A model generated the notes under the pieces. That model saw only the letters and a program-made list of their open reading frames with translations. It did no database searches and was not told the origin of the DNA. From Trichosphaerium sp. ATCC 40318 (Eukaryota > Protista > Tubulinea), in assembly GCA_038496445.1 (NCBI GenBank), contig JALMLS010000612.1:620001-684000 (forward strand): DNA of 64,000 nucleotides, in the 5' to 3' direction. The translations under genes were made by a program, and so were the position numbers. Below, one piece after another: positions 36,930 to 50,568 of this stretch (the stretch's first letter is position 1; the number at the start of each line of letters is the position of its first letter).

Positions 36930-39292
36930 ATGCTGAAACCGTTGCTGCGTATTAGGGATAGGCGATTTAGACCACTTACATGCGTTAGTAGCCACAATGA
37001 CCCGAATCCACGCACACGGCGATTTAATACCTCTATTTCTATAAAAAATAGCACTTTACAGCGTAAAAACGTAAATAACGGTGAAAAGTGGCTTTGCCAA
37101 GATTTTCTGGTTGAATTTGTGCTAAAGGTGCTTGAGCGTTGTTAAAACCGCGTATTTAATGCGTCAAAAGGTAGAACGCGGTTTGTTTATTGCCAAGCCT
37201 ACTGATTGGTACAACGTTACCTGGGCAGATCTGCAACCATATATACAAGCCAACAACAAAGAGTAACGACAAAACAACACTTGTGACATTGACCAAATCC
37301 TAATTTAGACAAATCAACTCCATCCACGAGATACTCCAAGAGGTTTACCCAGACATAGAATGGAATCCATGGAAGCTCAGTAAGTACAAGGCCATGGAAG
37401 CTCGCTTTTTTTACGCTCTGTGAAGGAGCTGCACCACGGGATCTTTGGGACACACGCGAGAACAAACTCGCATTTTTGAAATACGTATGAAAAGGTTCAC
37501 TCCCAAACGTCACGTGTTAAGGCTTTTGTAGGTGGAGGATGCGCTAGGTATTACAAAGATATCGGAATGGTATGATGTAAAGACACCCGTATTTGCCAAC
37601 TTAGGTGGCTCTGAGCTGCTACGCGTATATGGCAATAGGTATGAAATGCTTAAAAAGCTGTATCCTCAGCACACATGGAGACCTTGGAGGTTTGGTACGT
37701 TGTCTGTGTGTTCACATCGAGTACCAATAATAACATAATAAAGGTCTCTCAACTACAACGTGGAACAGTGATGAAAACATTCGTGATTTCGTAATGGAGG
37801 TACAGTTGTTTGAAATATCACGTGATTTTGTGCAACTTATTTTTGTAAAACATTTTTTGCTACTGGATTGGTTTTTGGTGCTGAAGTTTTGAGCTTACAA
37901 TTTGTTAGCTGGAGAAAAAGTTCGGTGTAGAAAAGATAGAAGATTGGTATAACATAAAATATACCGACTTGTTGCATATAAATGTTGCCTTTGTATTAAA
38001 AGCGTAAGTGTTCAATTTCAGTTTGGTGTTGTCTAACTTCTTGCTTTAGTGTTTTTAAATCATCACTATTCGCTTTACTCTTAAAAGCATATAAGGACTA
38101 TAACTGGATTGCCTGGAAATTCTGTACGGTGCTCAATCGTTCATTCACATGAATTAAACTAAACCATTTTAGACAGTGTTCCCAACAAGTATTGGCAAGA
38201 ACCTTTTAATGTCTTTAAATTTGTGATATATGTACGTTATGTATTGTATAGTCTCTCGTTGACTAGTTTATAGATAGAGAAAGAACTTAATATAAAGAAT
38301 GTAAGGGATTGGTATAAAGTCAAAGCATCACGTGTCAGGAATCTAGGAGGTGTTGGTGTACTACATCTGTACGAATAAGTTAGTTAACAATGGTTAATTT
38401 GATTTTTTTTATTTAGACACTTTCAAACTTCTCTTTTAAATTTAGTGAGATACTTTTATCCCACGTATACTTGGTTGGCTTGGAAGTTTGGTACATATTT
38501 AAACTTATAACTGAAATCTAAGTCTTACAGAAAAACTACCAAATGACTTCTGGGAATATCAAAGCAACGTTCAGGAGTGGATACGATATGTACAACTTTG
38601 TTTTATGTTGTTTTCAAGTATCCTGAAGTGCCCTAGGCTGAAGAAATATTTAATATCAGGAAAATAAGTGATTGGTATGCTATTTCAGGAACTGCAATGA
38701 AAGAAAAAGCTGAAGCTTGCAGCATTTTGTAGTACGTGGAAGAAATAAAACAATATTAAACTTTTTTCTCATAATTTTCTATAGCTATACAAAGTCGATA
38801 AAGAGTTTGCTGTTCTTGGCATACCCTGATTACGATTGGGATGTCAGTAAGATACGGCAATTTACCGGTACACTATGAGTATTGTAATAGTGGTACTAAT
38901 AATCTTTTTCGCTGTATAGGTGTTCTTCCTCAATTGTATTGGAAAAGTTCAGAAAATCAAATTGCTTTCATAAGGAAGATGGAAGCCAAGTATGGCCTAG
39001 TTGATGTTAGAGATTGGTATCAAGTATCAACGACCCAGCTCATAGAAACAGGTGGTTCAGGTTTGACAAGGTACTGGCCTGACTGTATAGTAAAAGCGTA
39101 TCCCGAGTACGAGTGGGATTTTAACAAGACTAAATATGAAAAAAGAGTGGTTCAAAGGTACCATGTTCTTTTGGTTGTTGTACAACGGTCGTTGCTTACC
39201 TTTTTTAAAACAGATACATACGCGTGCAAACCGAGTCTTTGTTTCATCTATCGAATGGCTCTAAATATACAAAAGCCGGTTTAGAACAATGA
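36930..39292 (+). CDS. Protein of about six ~70-aa Trp-rich helical repeats (DWY.V...GG..LL...YP...W..WKF..P..W) with mitochondrial-like presequence
   Basis: N-terminus MLKPLLRIRDRRFRPLTCVSSH. Repeat cores TDWYNV, SEWYDV, EDWYNI, RDWYKV, SDWYAI, RDWYQV, joined across about 16 short introns. Confidence 0.75.
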
Positions 39293-39765
39293 AACAACCT
39301 ATCGAATGCATGAAGATAAACAGAAATATTGACCTCGAAGCAATGCACAAGCAACGAAGCGCTCGGGATGAGTCCCTATGCGATCACTGGAATGATTAAG
39401 CTCCTTTCGTTAGTTTTTGAATGAACAGAAACCGTTATAAAGAGTAACGGTCATATAACTTGCACTACCTACTACAGTCTGGAATCAATGCGAAAAGTTA
39501 AAGAAAATAAAGATACACTACAATTTAACACGTGCGTAATGAACTTTTTTATGTATTATCGTTATGCTATCTACAAACTGTCTTGCGTATTTAAAATCTC
39601 ATCAGTTAATTTTTCCTTTGTTCACGTGCTAACGAGAGTCGAAGTCAAGAAATTTTCTGAAACGTGAAAGGTCAAAGAAAATCTATTCATAGTAAATCTA
39701 ACAAAACGTACTGCCGTAACTGCAATACGCGCCTGGATATTCAAAGCCCATATATCGACGCTATA

Positions 39766-41028
39766 ATGTCCACAGAACGCGTTAAAACACCAAAGGCGCG
39801 TTATGCCCCTCGAAAGCATAGGTACGCACTTTTACACCATGTTCAAGCGTTTTTAAGCAAAATAGAATATAGCAGATTACTCTACAAATCTCGCTTTTAG
39901 CCTATTTAAGTATTTGTTGAACTACTTTGCATCCGCGCTTGTACGTCATTAATAAATGCGTCTATAGATACAATGCGAGATATGGTGCGAAGGAATCATC
40001 GCGTACGTCACCAAGTGCAAGCGGAGCATCTCCACGCAACGTCCAAGAGCTTACAGACAAAATAAAACACTACAGTACTGATTCTACAAAACTCCTAAGA
40101 GACCTCCGATCAAAGAACTCTGAGAAAAAAGAACATATACAGCACCTTACCAGAGCAAATGACGAACTATCATATAAAGTAGAAGCCCTGCACGAGAAAC
40201 TTGTTTCAAGGAAGAAAACTGAAAACAAATCTAAAAAATACGCTCATTGGCTTAAAGATGAGACTGTGAAACTAAGCGAAGAGCGAGACTACATAACGGG
40301 AAAGTACATAAAAGTAAAGAAACGCGAAACGAACCTTCAACTCCAAATTACTTCATTGAAGGAAGAGAATAATAATCTACGTCAACAGAAACGTGCATTA
40401 CAGGATATAAACTCTCAGCTAAGAGAAGATAAGACGTCTTTGAGAAGAAAAAATAGTAAACTTCGTGACGGAAAGTCTTGGTTTCAAAGCGAGCTTACAA
40501 AGGCCGAAAGAGAGAGAGATTGGTTTAAGACAGAGAATGATAATCTACAACATGAACTTGATTGGCTTCGTAGTTGTACAAAGAAGATACAAAACGATAA
40601 AACACACTACAGAGATAAGTATTGTGATGCGAGAAAAAATCAAATAGACCTTCGTAAAGAAAACTCAAGACTAAAAGGAGAGAGAGCTAGAATGCGTATA
40701 GATAATGTTAAACTCATAGAAGCTAATGACAAGCTTCAATACAGCCATAACGTACAAGTTCAAGGGTTGTTAAACGAGCTTGAGAACCTCAAACGCGGAA
40801 TACCCGAAAACAAGGTAAGAACAAACATTTTTGAAAACAATTCTTTTTTACTTTTTGTAGGGCACCAAGCCTTCTGGTACTAAGTGCGTTATATGCTTGA
40901 CAGGCGGTAGAAACGTTGTGTTTCTACCATGTGGTCATATTTGTACTTGTGTAGCTTGCTGCACGAGAATTTCAGTGTGCCCTATTTGTCGTGCTAATAT
41001 CACAAATTCAGCACGTGTGTACTTTTAA
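39766..41028 (+). CDS. Coiled-coil protein with C-terminal C3HC4 RING finger (putative E3 ligase)
   Basis: Long coiled coil, then CVICLTGGRNVVFLPCGHICTCVACCTRISVCPICRANI (IAP/RNF34-type RING). Confidence 0.85.
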
Positions 41029-41092
41029 ATAAATAAACAATTGTACATAGAAGAAGTGATTTTAACTTGTGTTAATTAAAAAGAGACACCTA

Positions 41093-41901
41093 TTAATCAT
41101 TCCGAGTGTATTTTATTTTATGGTTCGTATTGACCATTGACTTTTTAAGTTCTTCAGTGATGTTATTGCAATAGAATGTTATAACTGTAGAAACACCTGA
41201 AAGAGCAACAATCAACTCTGTAGTTACCCTATTGCCAAGCTCTAAAACACTAACAGATCTTAACCCTTTAATAGCTTCAAGTGAAACATTTGAGCAATCT
41301 CTTATAGATAACGTGTGTACACCTTCAAGTGCTCTGAGAGATACATCTGTAACATTACAACCACTCAAATTAATATCATAAACGCCAGCAAGACCTGAGA
41401 CTCCAGCATCAGATATCCTTCCACAGTACCTCAACTTGATTGTGTGTACTCCTTTAAGACAAAACAGACCATCGTCTGTTACATCTGTATGACTCAAGTC
41501 AATAGTATGGACGCCTGCCAAAGATTGTACACCAACATCTGTAATGAGTTTGTTACGAGAAACATCAACCTTTCTCATGCCATATGTGTATTTGACTATC
41601 ATACCATCACTAAACTTTGTTGATAACCTCATTGTTGTGCTTTTTAGTATTGGACTGTCTTTTAATACATAATAGAATAAAGGAGATTCAAGGTAAATTG
41701 TTCCATAGCCTATGATACTTCTTATGATGTCTGAGAAAAGGAAAGATACCAATGAAGCTTCTCTACGCCATTGAATAGGCAAAAACTGAAGAATATGAGC
41801 TAGTATCTCTGTAGGACAATCCTCAATATGTGTTTGCTTTGGTTTGCTATAAGCACGTTATTTACAGAATTTCTAGAACTGTACCTATTCTGTGATGTCA
41901 T
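41093..41901 (-). CDS. F-box / leucine-rich repeat protein
   Basis: IEDCPTEILAHILQFL...ASLVS (F-box); repeats ITDVGVQSLAGVHTIDLS, VTDDGLFCLKGVHTIKL. Confidence 0.85.
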
Positions 41902-42082
41902 GAGCCTACTTAGTGGTCGTAAGACGTTGAGATACTAATGGTAGAATGCCTTGGTTCAGATATCATCAAGACAATAAGTCCAATTTCAGTCAAGTTTACA
42001 TGTATGAGTTTCTTTGAAAAAACGCCATGTTTACTTTGCGTGACTTTTCGTGTGTTATCAAGTTCAACAAGGCTAATTCGCG

Positions 42083-43700
42083 ATGTTAAAGGGAGGAGAT
42101 GTTGACGCACGCTCGCAGCATTCATTGAGCAAGGAGAATATTAAATTTTTTAACGACAAAGGGTTTTTGGTTATTCGTAATCTTCTCTCCACACAAGTAC
42201 GATAATTACAATAAACATATATTAATATCACATAGGAGCTATCTGATTTACGAAATGAAACAAGTCAGTTGGTAAAATCAATGAAACGCAGTGAAGACGA
42301 TTGGTACAACGCTCTAGCGTGATAAAATACAACTAATACGTAAAAAAAGGTACAACGACGAGATTCCAGCTGACTGGTACAAGAATTACAAGGCAGCAAG
42401 CAAAGACCATACGCCACAACCCTCAAAGGAAGACGGTACACCTAAAAGTCGTATTACCCGCCTTCAAACTGAAAAAAGCTTAAGGCGTGCCTTTTCGCAT
42501 AGAATACCCTATAAACAAAGGCGCTTGTTGTAAAACGCTTTGTGCTCATCCTGTCATGCTTGGTGCCATTGCTTCTCTTATTGGAAGCGATTTTATACCA
42601 ACTTGGGATAGCTTGGTGTTCAAGGTTTGTTGCAATCCCTTGTTTAAATTTCTCACTCTGTGTCGCATAAAAAGGCTCCAGGAAAGGGTGTACCTATAAA
42701 GTGGCATAGAGATGCATCAATGGAGTCTGTAAATGATGGTAGACCTGCAATAGACGTTGGCATTTATCTTGATGAGGTAATCTTAAATTTTTTTTGCACA
42801 ATTTCTTACAAGTTTCTTTTTTTGTATATCACGTGATGAGTGTCATTTGTGATTTGAACGAAATAATGTTTTTCGGGTTTTTTGAACATCACGTGATTTC
42901 TAAAACCAAAATAAGTTTCTTTCTGGTTCTTTATTAGTAGTACGATGTTTGTACTTACCTTTTCTGTTAAGGCAACAGTAGCAATGGATAATTGCTTATG
43001 GGTTATCCCTGGGACACATAAATGGCCAGATGCAATGGCTGCTAGCATGATAGACTTTTTGTGCGCAGATGGTACTTACCATCCTAAATTTTTTCGTACC
43101 ACAAACACCAGATTTTGGCTTTCTTTGTGGCTATGATGCGCCAACACAAGTTGACTTTAACTAGGATTTAAAAAGAATGGTGCTATACCGGTACCAGTAG
43201 GGCCAGGTGACGCAATATTTCACAACATTCTTGTGAGTACAACAAAATGTTCTGAAGATCGGTTTCTAAAGAATCGGGTACTTATTGTCTTTAGGTGCTT
43301 CACGGATCAGCAGCATGTACTTCTCCTTTGAGACGAACCGTATACTACGAGTATAGAAGCATAGATCAAGAGCTCAAAATGGGTCCACACAAGCCTGAGT
43401 ACATACCTTTAAAACAACGTATGCAAAGAGTTTTTCTTTATTTTAGACCTAAAAAAACCAGTCTTCATCTTCCTTACTACTTCTACTTTTTCGTGTTTTA
43501 TTTAATGTAATTGTAAAGAGATGATGGAAGCATGCATTTGGCATCGTAACAAAACACCTTATGATAAACAAATTGACTATGAAGGGTTTAAATACGCACC
43601 TGAAAATCATAAGGATTATCCTCATTTTGATGGAACTAAAGAGTTAGATACTTACAGGTATCCTCACAAAAAGTACTTTAGAGGAGATTACAAAGGATAA
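42083..43700 (+). CDS. Phytanoyl-CoA dioxygenase (PhyH)-family Fe(II)/2OG oxygenase
   Basis: FFNDKGFLVIRNLL, IKWHRD (HxD), GIYLDE|AT..DNCLWVIPGTH, PGDAIFHNIL|VLHGS, RRTVYYEY. Confidence 0.88.
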
Positions 43701-43957
43701 GCAATATAATAAAACACCTTTTGCCATGTTTGCTGTTAAATTGCTTCACTCTTTTTCTTTCCTAGCATAGGCAAGTCACTTGTAATGGATTAGTATGCAT
43801 GACCTTCTCGCTTATTGTTTATTATTTGGATGTTACTTTTTTTTTTTTTTTTTTGGTTTGCTTGCACATGTTTCTCTGTTTTTGTTCGTGATTTTGTGTT
43901 GTTGTAAATCGCGTGAGTGTAAACAAACATAAGTAGTCATTTATTTATTCTTATCTT

Positions 43958-46900
43958 TTATTGTACAGGCAATTGTGGGATAGATGATTGTGGATTTTCA
44001 CTGACATAGACTTTGTTAACGTTACATTGTTTTTTTATTTCTCTATTTGTACAAGTTGCAACTCCAAAAAAAAAAAAGTAAAAATGAAGGACTCTTTAAA
44101 AAAAATGCCGCTATCGTCTTGTTCTCCTATTGTTACCTTGAAGCATTTGAATTTGCTCCTATTTAAAATAATAAGCAATTGAGAAAACAAACATGCGTAA
44201 ACAGAAAAACGGAAAAAAAGGAGAAAACTTTTTTAATGCTCTGCGGTTGGTACCTTGTAAAGTGCAATCTTGTCGTTTAATGCAAGAAAATGCTCTGACA
44301 TAACCTTCATCTGTTGATCATAGTTGTTTTTCGTAGATTCCAGATCGCCCTTCAAAAGGAGTTAACCAAAAAACCAATCGCACACAAAAAAAGGAAAAAT
44401 ATTTGCATACTTGAGCTTGCTTTAATTTCCGATTTAGAGATTCAATATACTCTTTTTGAGCGTCTCTTTCAACAGTAACAGTCCTAAGCTGTCCTTCAGC
44501 TAATGTCTTTGCTTTGTGTAATTCAACAACTTTGACATCCATTTGTTGCATCTAAAAAGATATGAGCATTCAAGAAAGCAATTGAATAAAAAAAAACAAA
44601 AAAAAATCGCTTCAGATCTCAAGACGCTATCAAGTCTATAAAAGGAGGTACCTGAGTTGTAAGATGTTTTATCTTATCTTGAAAATGGGCTTTCATCTTA
44701 TCTTCACGTTCTTTATCTTGTTCAGGCAACTTAAGAGTCTAGAAAACGAAATTTAAGATGTTAAGGAAAGTGGATTCTTCATGACTTACGTCCTGTTCTC
44801 CATGCTCGTCGAAGACAGACATACTCCATTTCTTATTACCCTCACGTTTTGGCTTTTCTATTGGATCATTTACAGTTTGTTCTGGTGCTTGAGGTGCCAA
44901 AAGGCCAGCATCGATGAGCAAACCAGGCTAGTAAAGGGTTAGCTAAGAAAAGCTTGCAAGTTTCTAGTTCTTGTACTTGGTGGTTGCTTTCTAAAGGTTC
45001 ATCAGGAAGTTCTACAGCATCGTTTTCTGGTACGTCTGAATCTAAATCACCTGTTCTCAGTAGTGTAGGCGTTCCATTCATATCTTCATCCATTGGAAAG
45101 TCCAAATCGAGCACTAAGCGCAATTTGTAAGCTACTGTTATAACGTTCATACTTACAATTAACTTCTCCCTCAGTATTTTGTGGTTCTTCTGGAGGAGGA
45201 GCCTGTTGTACAACCTACAGTATATTTAAGAATATAATACAGGTATGCAATTCAACAAAAAGGTTTAAGACTTACAGGCGGATTTAGACGGAGTTTTGCG
45301 AGTTGAGCCAACAGTGAATTGATTTTACTCTTTTTAGCAGCCAGTTCATCTTTGACTTGTGAAAGCTGACTTCTCAGAGTCAAATTGTCAGCTTTAGAGC
45401 TCTCAAGAGACTCTATTGAAAATAACAGTTAGTGTTTTGATAAATGCAAATAAGAATAAAATGAGAATATGAGTTACCTTGAACTATAGCTACCTTGGCA
45501 TCAATCTTAGCTGCTTCTTCGTCCAATGATTTCATGCGTTTAGCGTGCTCAATTTGAGTATTATATGGAATAGATACAGTAGTCTACAGAGTACTTAAGA
45601 ATTCCAAAAAAGCAACAAAAAAGCAAGAATGATTCATTTATAACGTACCTGCACTTGTGCCAACCGATTCAAAAAATTGACTGCATTCTCTTTGAAAATT
45701 GAAATAACAGAATCGTCAACATCTTCACGATTCATCTATAATTTTAATTTAGATACAAGACCTTAGAGAACAAAAAAAGTGCTTACTTTTGTTCCTTTAA
45801 TAAAAATCGTCTTTGTTGAAGACTTTAAAGAGATAATACGTTCCAGAACGCTTTCAATCTCTTCAAGGGATACTATAAGCTTTGTCCATGAAGCCAAGAA
45901 CAACTTGTCATTTTTACGCATCTGTTCTTCAGTGCTGGGATCAGAATGAGCCATAGAATACGTCACAAGACCAGAACTAATATCTAAAAGAAAAAAAGGT
46001 TCACAATCATATTCCTTGTAACGTCTTCCGACAAAAAGCTTACCTTGCATAATACGCACTATTGTATTGGTACATGAGTGTATTTGACTCAAAGCATAAA
46101 CTTGATCCATGTGATCACCTTAACAGCGAGATTAAGTTAACTCTTGAGTTGAAGACTTTTTTTTGCAGTTGAATTTCTTTTGGGGTATTAGGGCGTACCA
46201 TTAAAATATTTTGATGCTTGTTTATACATATTATCAAGTATAGTATGAAGTGTTTGGTATGAAGTAAAAAGTTTTTGAAGAGATTTTTTTGTTTCTGGTC
46301 CACAACGTGCAGCATCGTTTTTTGTTCTTATTTCTCTGTATTGTAATAATCTTGAATCCTCTTCTACAAATAAACGAAGAGCCTGGAGAAATTGATGCTA
46401 AAAAAAAATACGGTTAAAAAGTGATCGTACAAAATAGTTAAAAAAGAAGTTCAGCTCAATTCTAGCTTTCTCTTGTAAGTAGGTACGTACTTTATTGGCA
46501 TCTAACGCCGGTTTACCCTTTTCAAAGCTTTCCATAATAAGATCAAAAGCAGACCCCAATGTTGTAAGATGTGTTATCATTTCTGATAGCCTCTCACGTA
46601 TCTACAATTTTGCGTTAAAAAAGTGACGCTAGTAGAGAAAAAAACATACTTGTAAATTAACTTGTCTTTGCTTTTCTGGGACAGAATGACTCGTATTCTC
46701 TATCAATAACCTAGACTGATGAAGCCTACAATAGCCAATAAAAGCAGTCAAAAAATCCTGCAATAAAACCCAGTTCTTTTTCATTACATTCCTCGTCAAG
46801 ATCTGCAGAATAAAATAAGAAACTGGTTTTTTTTCCTGAGGTTAAAAAAATCTATGTACCTCGGTTTCTCTATCATGTGGTGGCATATTCAGCCGGTTTA

Positions 46901-48441
46901 ATGCGTTATCAGCAGTATCATTAAATATTATTTTACTATCTATAATCCTTTGGGCTGTAGCGAGCTGCGTAGTCAAATTTTCTTGTGTACGAGTCATTGC
47001 TTGTTCTCTTCTTTCCATGAACTCCTTTGTTCTAAACACGTTTAACATCATATATGTACATGTGATACGTACTTTTGTAGGGAAGCTTCAAGGTTTTTTA
47101 ACTGGTTGTTAAGGTCCACTTTTTCGTTTACAATAAGTTGGATTTGTTCCTCGTAAGATTGTTTTTGAAGTGACATTTCATCAGATTTTTGAACTAAATC
47201 GCGCTTGACACGCTCCATCTTTTGTTGTATGATATCAACTGCTTCTTGATGCTCTTTTTTAGCATCCAAAAATTTAAGAGACATTGCTTCTATCAGGTTG
47301 TAAGATTATTTGTATCACCAAGGCCGACGCAACAAAAAAAAGATAGAAAAAGACGTACGATTTTCTCTTAATTTATGTTCGAAAGCTTCTTGAGCGACTT
47401 CAAGAGACTCTTGTAAACGTTCTGCTTCTTGACGCTCTTTTCTACTACCGCCACTAAACCATCCACCACCAGACTTACGACGCGCCTTGAAAAACCTTTT
47501 AGAAAAGATTTCAACTGCAAACAAAAATATGACACTTCAAAAAAACCCAAAATTCTACCTCTTCAAAATCCTTCTGAAGCACGCTCATACGCTTCGCTAA
47601 AGTATCATTTCTAAACTGTAAACGATCTATTTGCTCCATAGCAGACATCAACTTTCCATGTTCGGATTTTAAAGCAACATCAAGTGTTTTTGTTTTGTCC
47701 ATCTCCTGCACCATGTATCTCTTCAAAGAAGACAAATTCTGTCTTGTCTGTACATACTCATGTCTCAACTTTTCAAAATCCTCCTTTCCTGGGTTCGTTG
47801 TAGTCAATAGAGCCTTTACAACGACAGGAGATGTCGTTGTTGTTTTTATGTTCATTGAATTTACTGAGCCTACAGAGCCATGTGGGGAGATAGAACCTTC
47901 AGTGGAGGGTGCACTTTCATCACCGCGTCGTTGTAGAGGTTGTATGCGCTTGTTTGCTGTAAGTGGCACACTAACTGGGATATTCGGTTGAACAATGGTT
48001 GGAGGAGCTTCTGGGGACGAAGAAATAGCGTATGTATTCGTATTGTTGTAGTTCGTTGACGTGTCTACTTTATAATAGTTAAATTCCAGCGTGCAGATAC
48101 TTCTATTTAGCGCACATACCAATGGGAGGCCGATATTCGTTCATATCATCAGCATTTCGAGATGAAATAGCTGTTTGTGGCGAGTATTGGTTAGAATCAT
48201 TATAGGCATTTGGATTGTATTCATTTTGAGGTGGAGCGTTTGCAGCGAATAATTTCGTTCCTACACGTTTGAGACTTTTTTGAAAAAGGGTTAAATAGTA
48301 CCGTAACCTCCAGAACTCTTCAATTCTGGCGTAGGAGACTAAAACGGGTGTGACTTTTTAACTAACTGTTCCAGCACGTACATCATCACCAAATGGGTTA
48401 CCATCAACCACATCATCTTCATCATCGAACGGGTTCGCCAT
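43958..48441 (-). CDS. PPP1R21: Protein phosphatase 1 regulatory subunit 21 / FERRY Fy-2 homologue
   Basis: KLRAQ-domain match EKLRHEYVQTRQNLSSLK...QIDRLQFRNDTLAKRMSVLQ; KIIFNDT..LNRLNMPPHDR; C-terminal STKNNYDQQMKVMSEH matches the TTKRSYEDQ motif. 3' end approximate. Confidence 0.78.
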
Positions 48442-48681
48442 TACAGAGACTTGTGACGAAAGGGTAATTCTCGCTAGGCACGAGCCGTCAAAATACAAAA
48501 ACTCAAGTCAACGCTAGTATAAAAGTTGTGCTTAGACAAAATTTGTGTTGCAAATTTTTCATTTTGTTTTGAGTTTTTTTTTTACATTGCTCGGTCATGT
48601 ACATGTACAGTTTGTTTATAAAAATTGGTTGACACTGATGCTTGATGTTCCTTTCTTGAGTACTACTGAATTTGTAGGTAC

Positions 48682-50457
48682 TTAAAATAGGGTAGGATCC
48701 AAGTAAGCGTTCTTGTTTACTTTTACCCATAACTGGAGTGTAACTGATTTTTTAAAAATCACTGCTAACTCACGCTGAGCCTCATCTTGAATAGAGTCCA
48801 ATACGCGCTTTCCTCTACCCACTAAGATGCCCTTGTAATGGGTTAGTATAAACCTCTTACAATTAGAGCTCTTGTGACTTACTACTTGAGAAGATTTCGG
48901 AACAAGAAGATCCTGTGTGATTAACAAATGATCGGCATCTATATTTGTCCATGCAATATTTCTCTGTTTTACATAGTATGGTACTTCTAGATTAATGTGC
49001 TTATATATCTTTTCTCTAATAACTTCTGCCGCTCTCTTTAACTGAGAGTAACCGGTTTTCTAACATAACGATGAACATGGAAACGAAGAATGATTGCGTA
49101 CATATTCTTTTGGATACATCCACTCCTGAGGTATGGCTCTATCTAGCAAAGCATTCTACGTAACGTCAATATACACAATAGATACACATTTGTTATTGCA
49201 TTTAAAACCTGACTTACCTTTAGTGCTGGCACACCGTCTCCGTTAAGTGCGCTTATATAAAAAACTATTACAATTTTTAGTACGAAGTTTTTCTTTGATT
49301 TCTATCAAACCTTTGTCAAAAATCTCATCTATGTAAGGTATATGAAGACGGAACCTATCACGGATTGATGCTAGTGGGGTTCTTACTGTTTTTAATTGAT
49401 CCGCCTTAGCATAAAGTTAATTAGATGAAAATGAAGTATTGTACCTTGTTTAGTGCTAATAAATACTCAACTTTTGGTCCGCCGTCAGCAACCTCTTTAA
49501 TATTTTGTTGTTTTCCTTCATGTAATTTCTTCATTACAAACTTTATCTCGTCGTCAATTGTTTTTACAACATCAACAACAGATAAAACTTACAAAGTGTC
49601 AAAAAAAATATAGCTCAAATTTCAAAATACCTAGTTCTATATGTGTATCCTCTATAACGTCCCATCCATCCCATATAATGTCTCTGTTGACACTATTTTA
49701 AATTAATAAATTTAAGACATTATGATGTTATTACTCACGCCGGTAGTTTCTTGGCACTGCGCTGTGAGTATACTCCAGGAGTATCATTAAAAACCTAAAA
49801 TGTTATTTAATTTTGACACTTTATTTGCAAAACATACCAATTGCGTTTTATCAGTAGTCAGTACACCTAGAGTACGTTCACGTGTTGTTTGAGATTTAGG
49901 CGTTACAATAGACACTTTCTCGCCAACCAAACGGTTAATTAAAGTCGATTTGCCTAAGTTTTGTTAAACTGGTGTCACAAAACAATAGAAAACGTAGATA
50001 GTGTAATTAAAAGCAGTACCTGCGTTAGGAATGCCCATTACGCCAATATTAAGCGCTTTTGTTTCTGGTGGTGTGTATTTTGGAATAGCGATTGTATTAT
50101 TGAGATCAGATGTAGCCTCAGGTCCTGCAGGGTGTTAGTTTCGCGTTGCAGTACCTTTAGGTGATTACCTGCTTGTTGATAATCAATTGGTACTTCTTTC
50201 TTTTTTTCAATGCGTCTCAGCTTAGCTCCTTCCTTCCTCTCCGCGAATTCAGCGTCAACTTGCTCTTGCTCCTTCTTTTCGAGCATTTCACGCGTTATAA
50301 AGCGTGTACGGTTTACATGAGCATAACGTCGCACTCCTGACAGCTGCTTTTTGGAATATAGCGTAATTTGATGTTTGGTGCCCTCTGTTGTACTGCACGA
50401 TGTGTTTTTTACTCTGTACGTCGCCGAGGGAGCTCGAAAAACGCGAAAGGCACGCAT
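48682..50457 (-). CDS. ERAL1: Era GTPase, mitochondrial (ERAL1-like)
   Basis: GIPNA|[35 protein letters not shown]|[25 protein letters not shown] domain GILVGRGK. Arg-rich presequence [11 protein letters not shown]. Confidence 0.92.
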
Positions 50458-50568
50458 TACGGTTGTAGGAAAAACGAACTCAAAAACTTAGCGAGTTTTC
50501 AGTTTTAATCTTTGAAGTCAATAAAATTCGCACGCAAAGTTCTTTTAGTGACATGTTTACAATCAAGT

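Noticed and set aside
42777-42971. Long intron with GTGATGA (C-box-like), a possible snoRNA
   Set aside because: No downstream CTGA D box or terminal stem. The C-box is a by-product of CACGTGAT.
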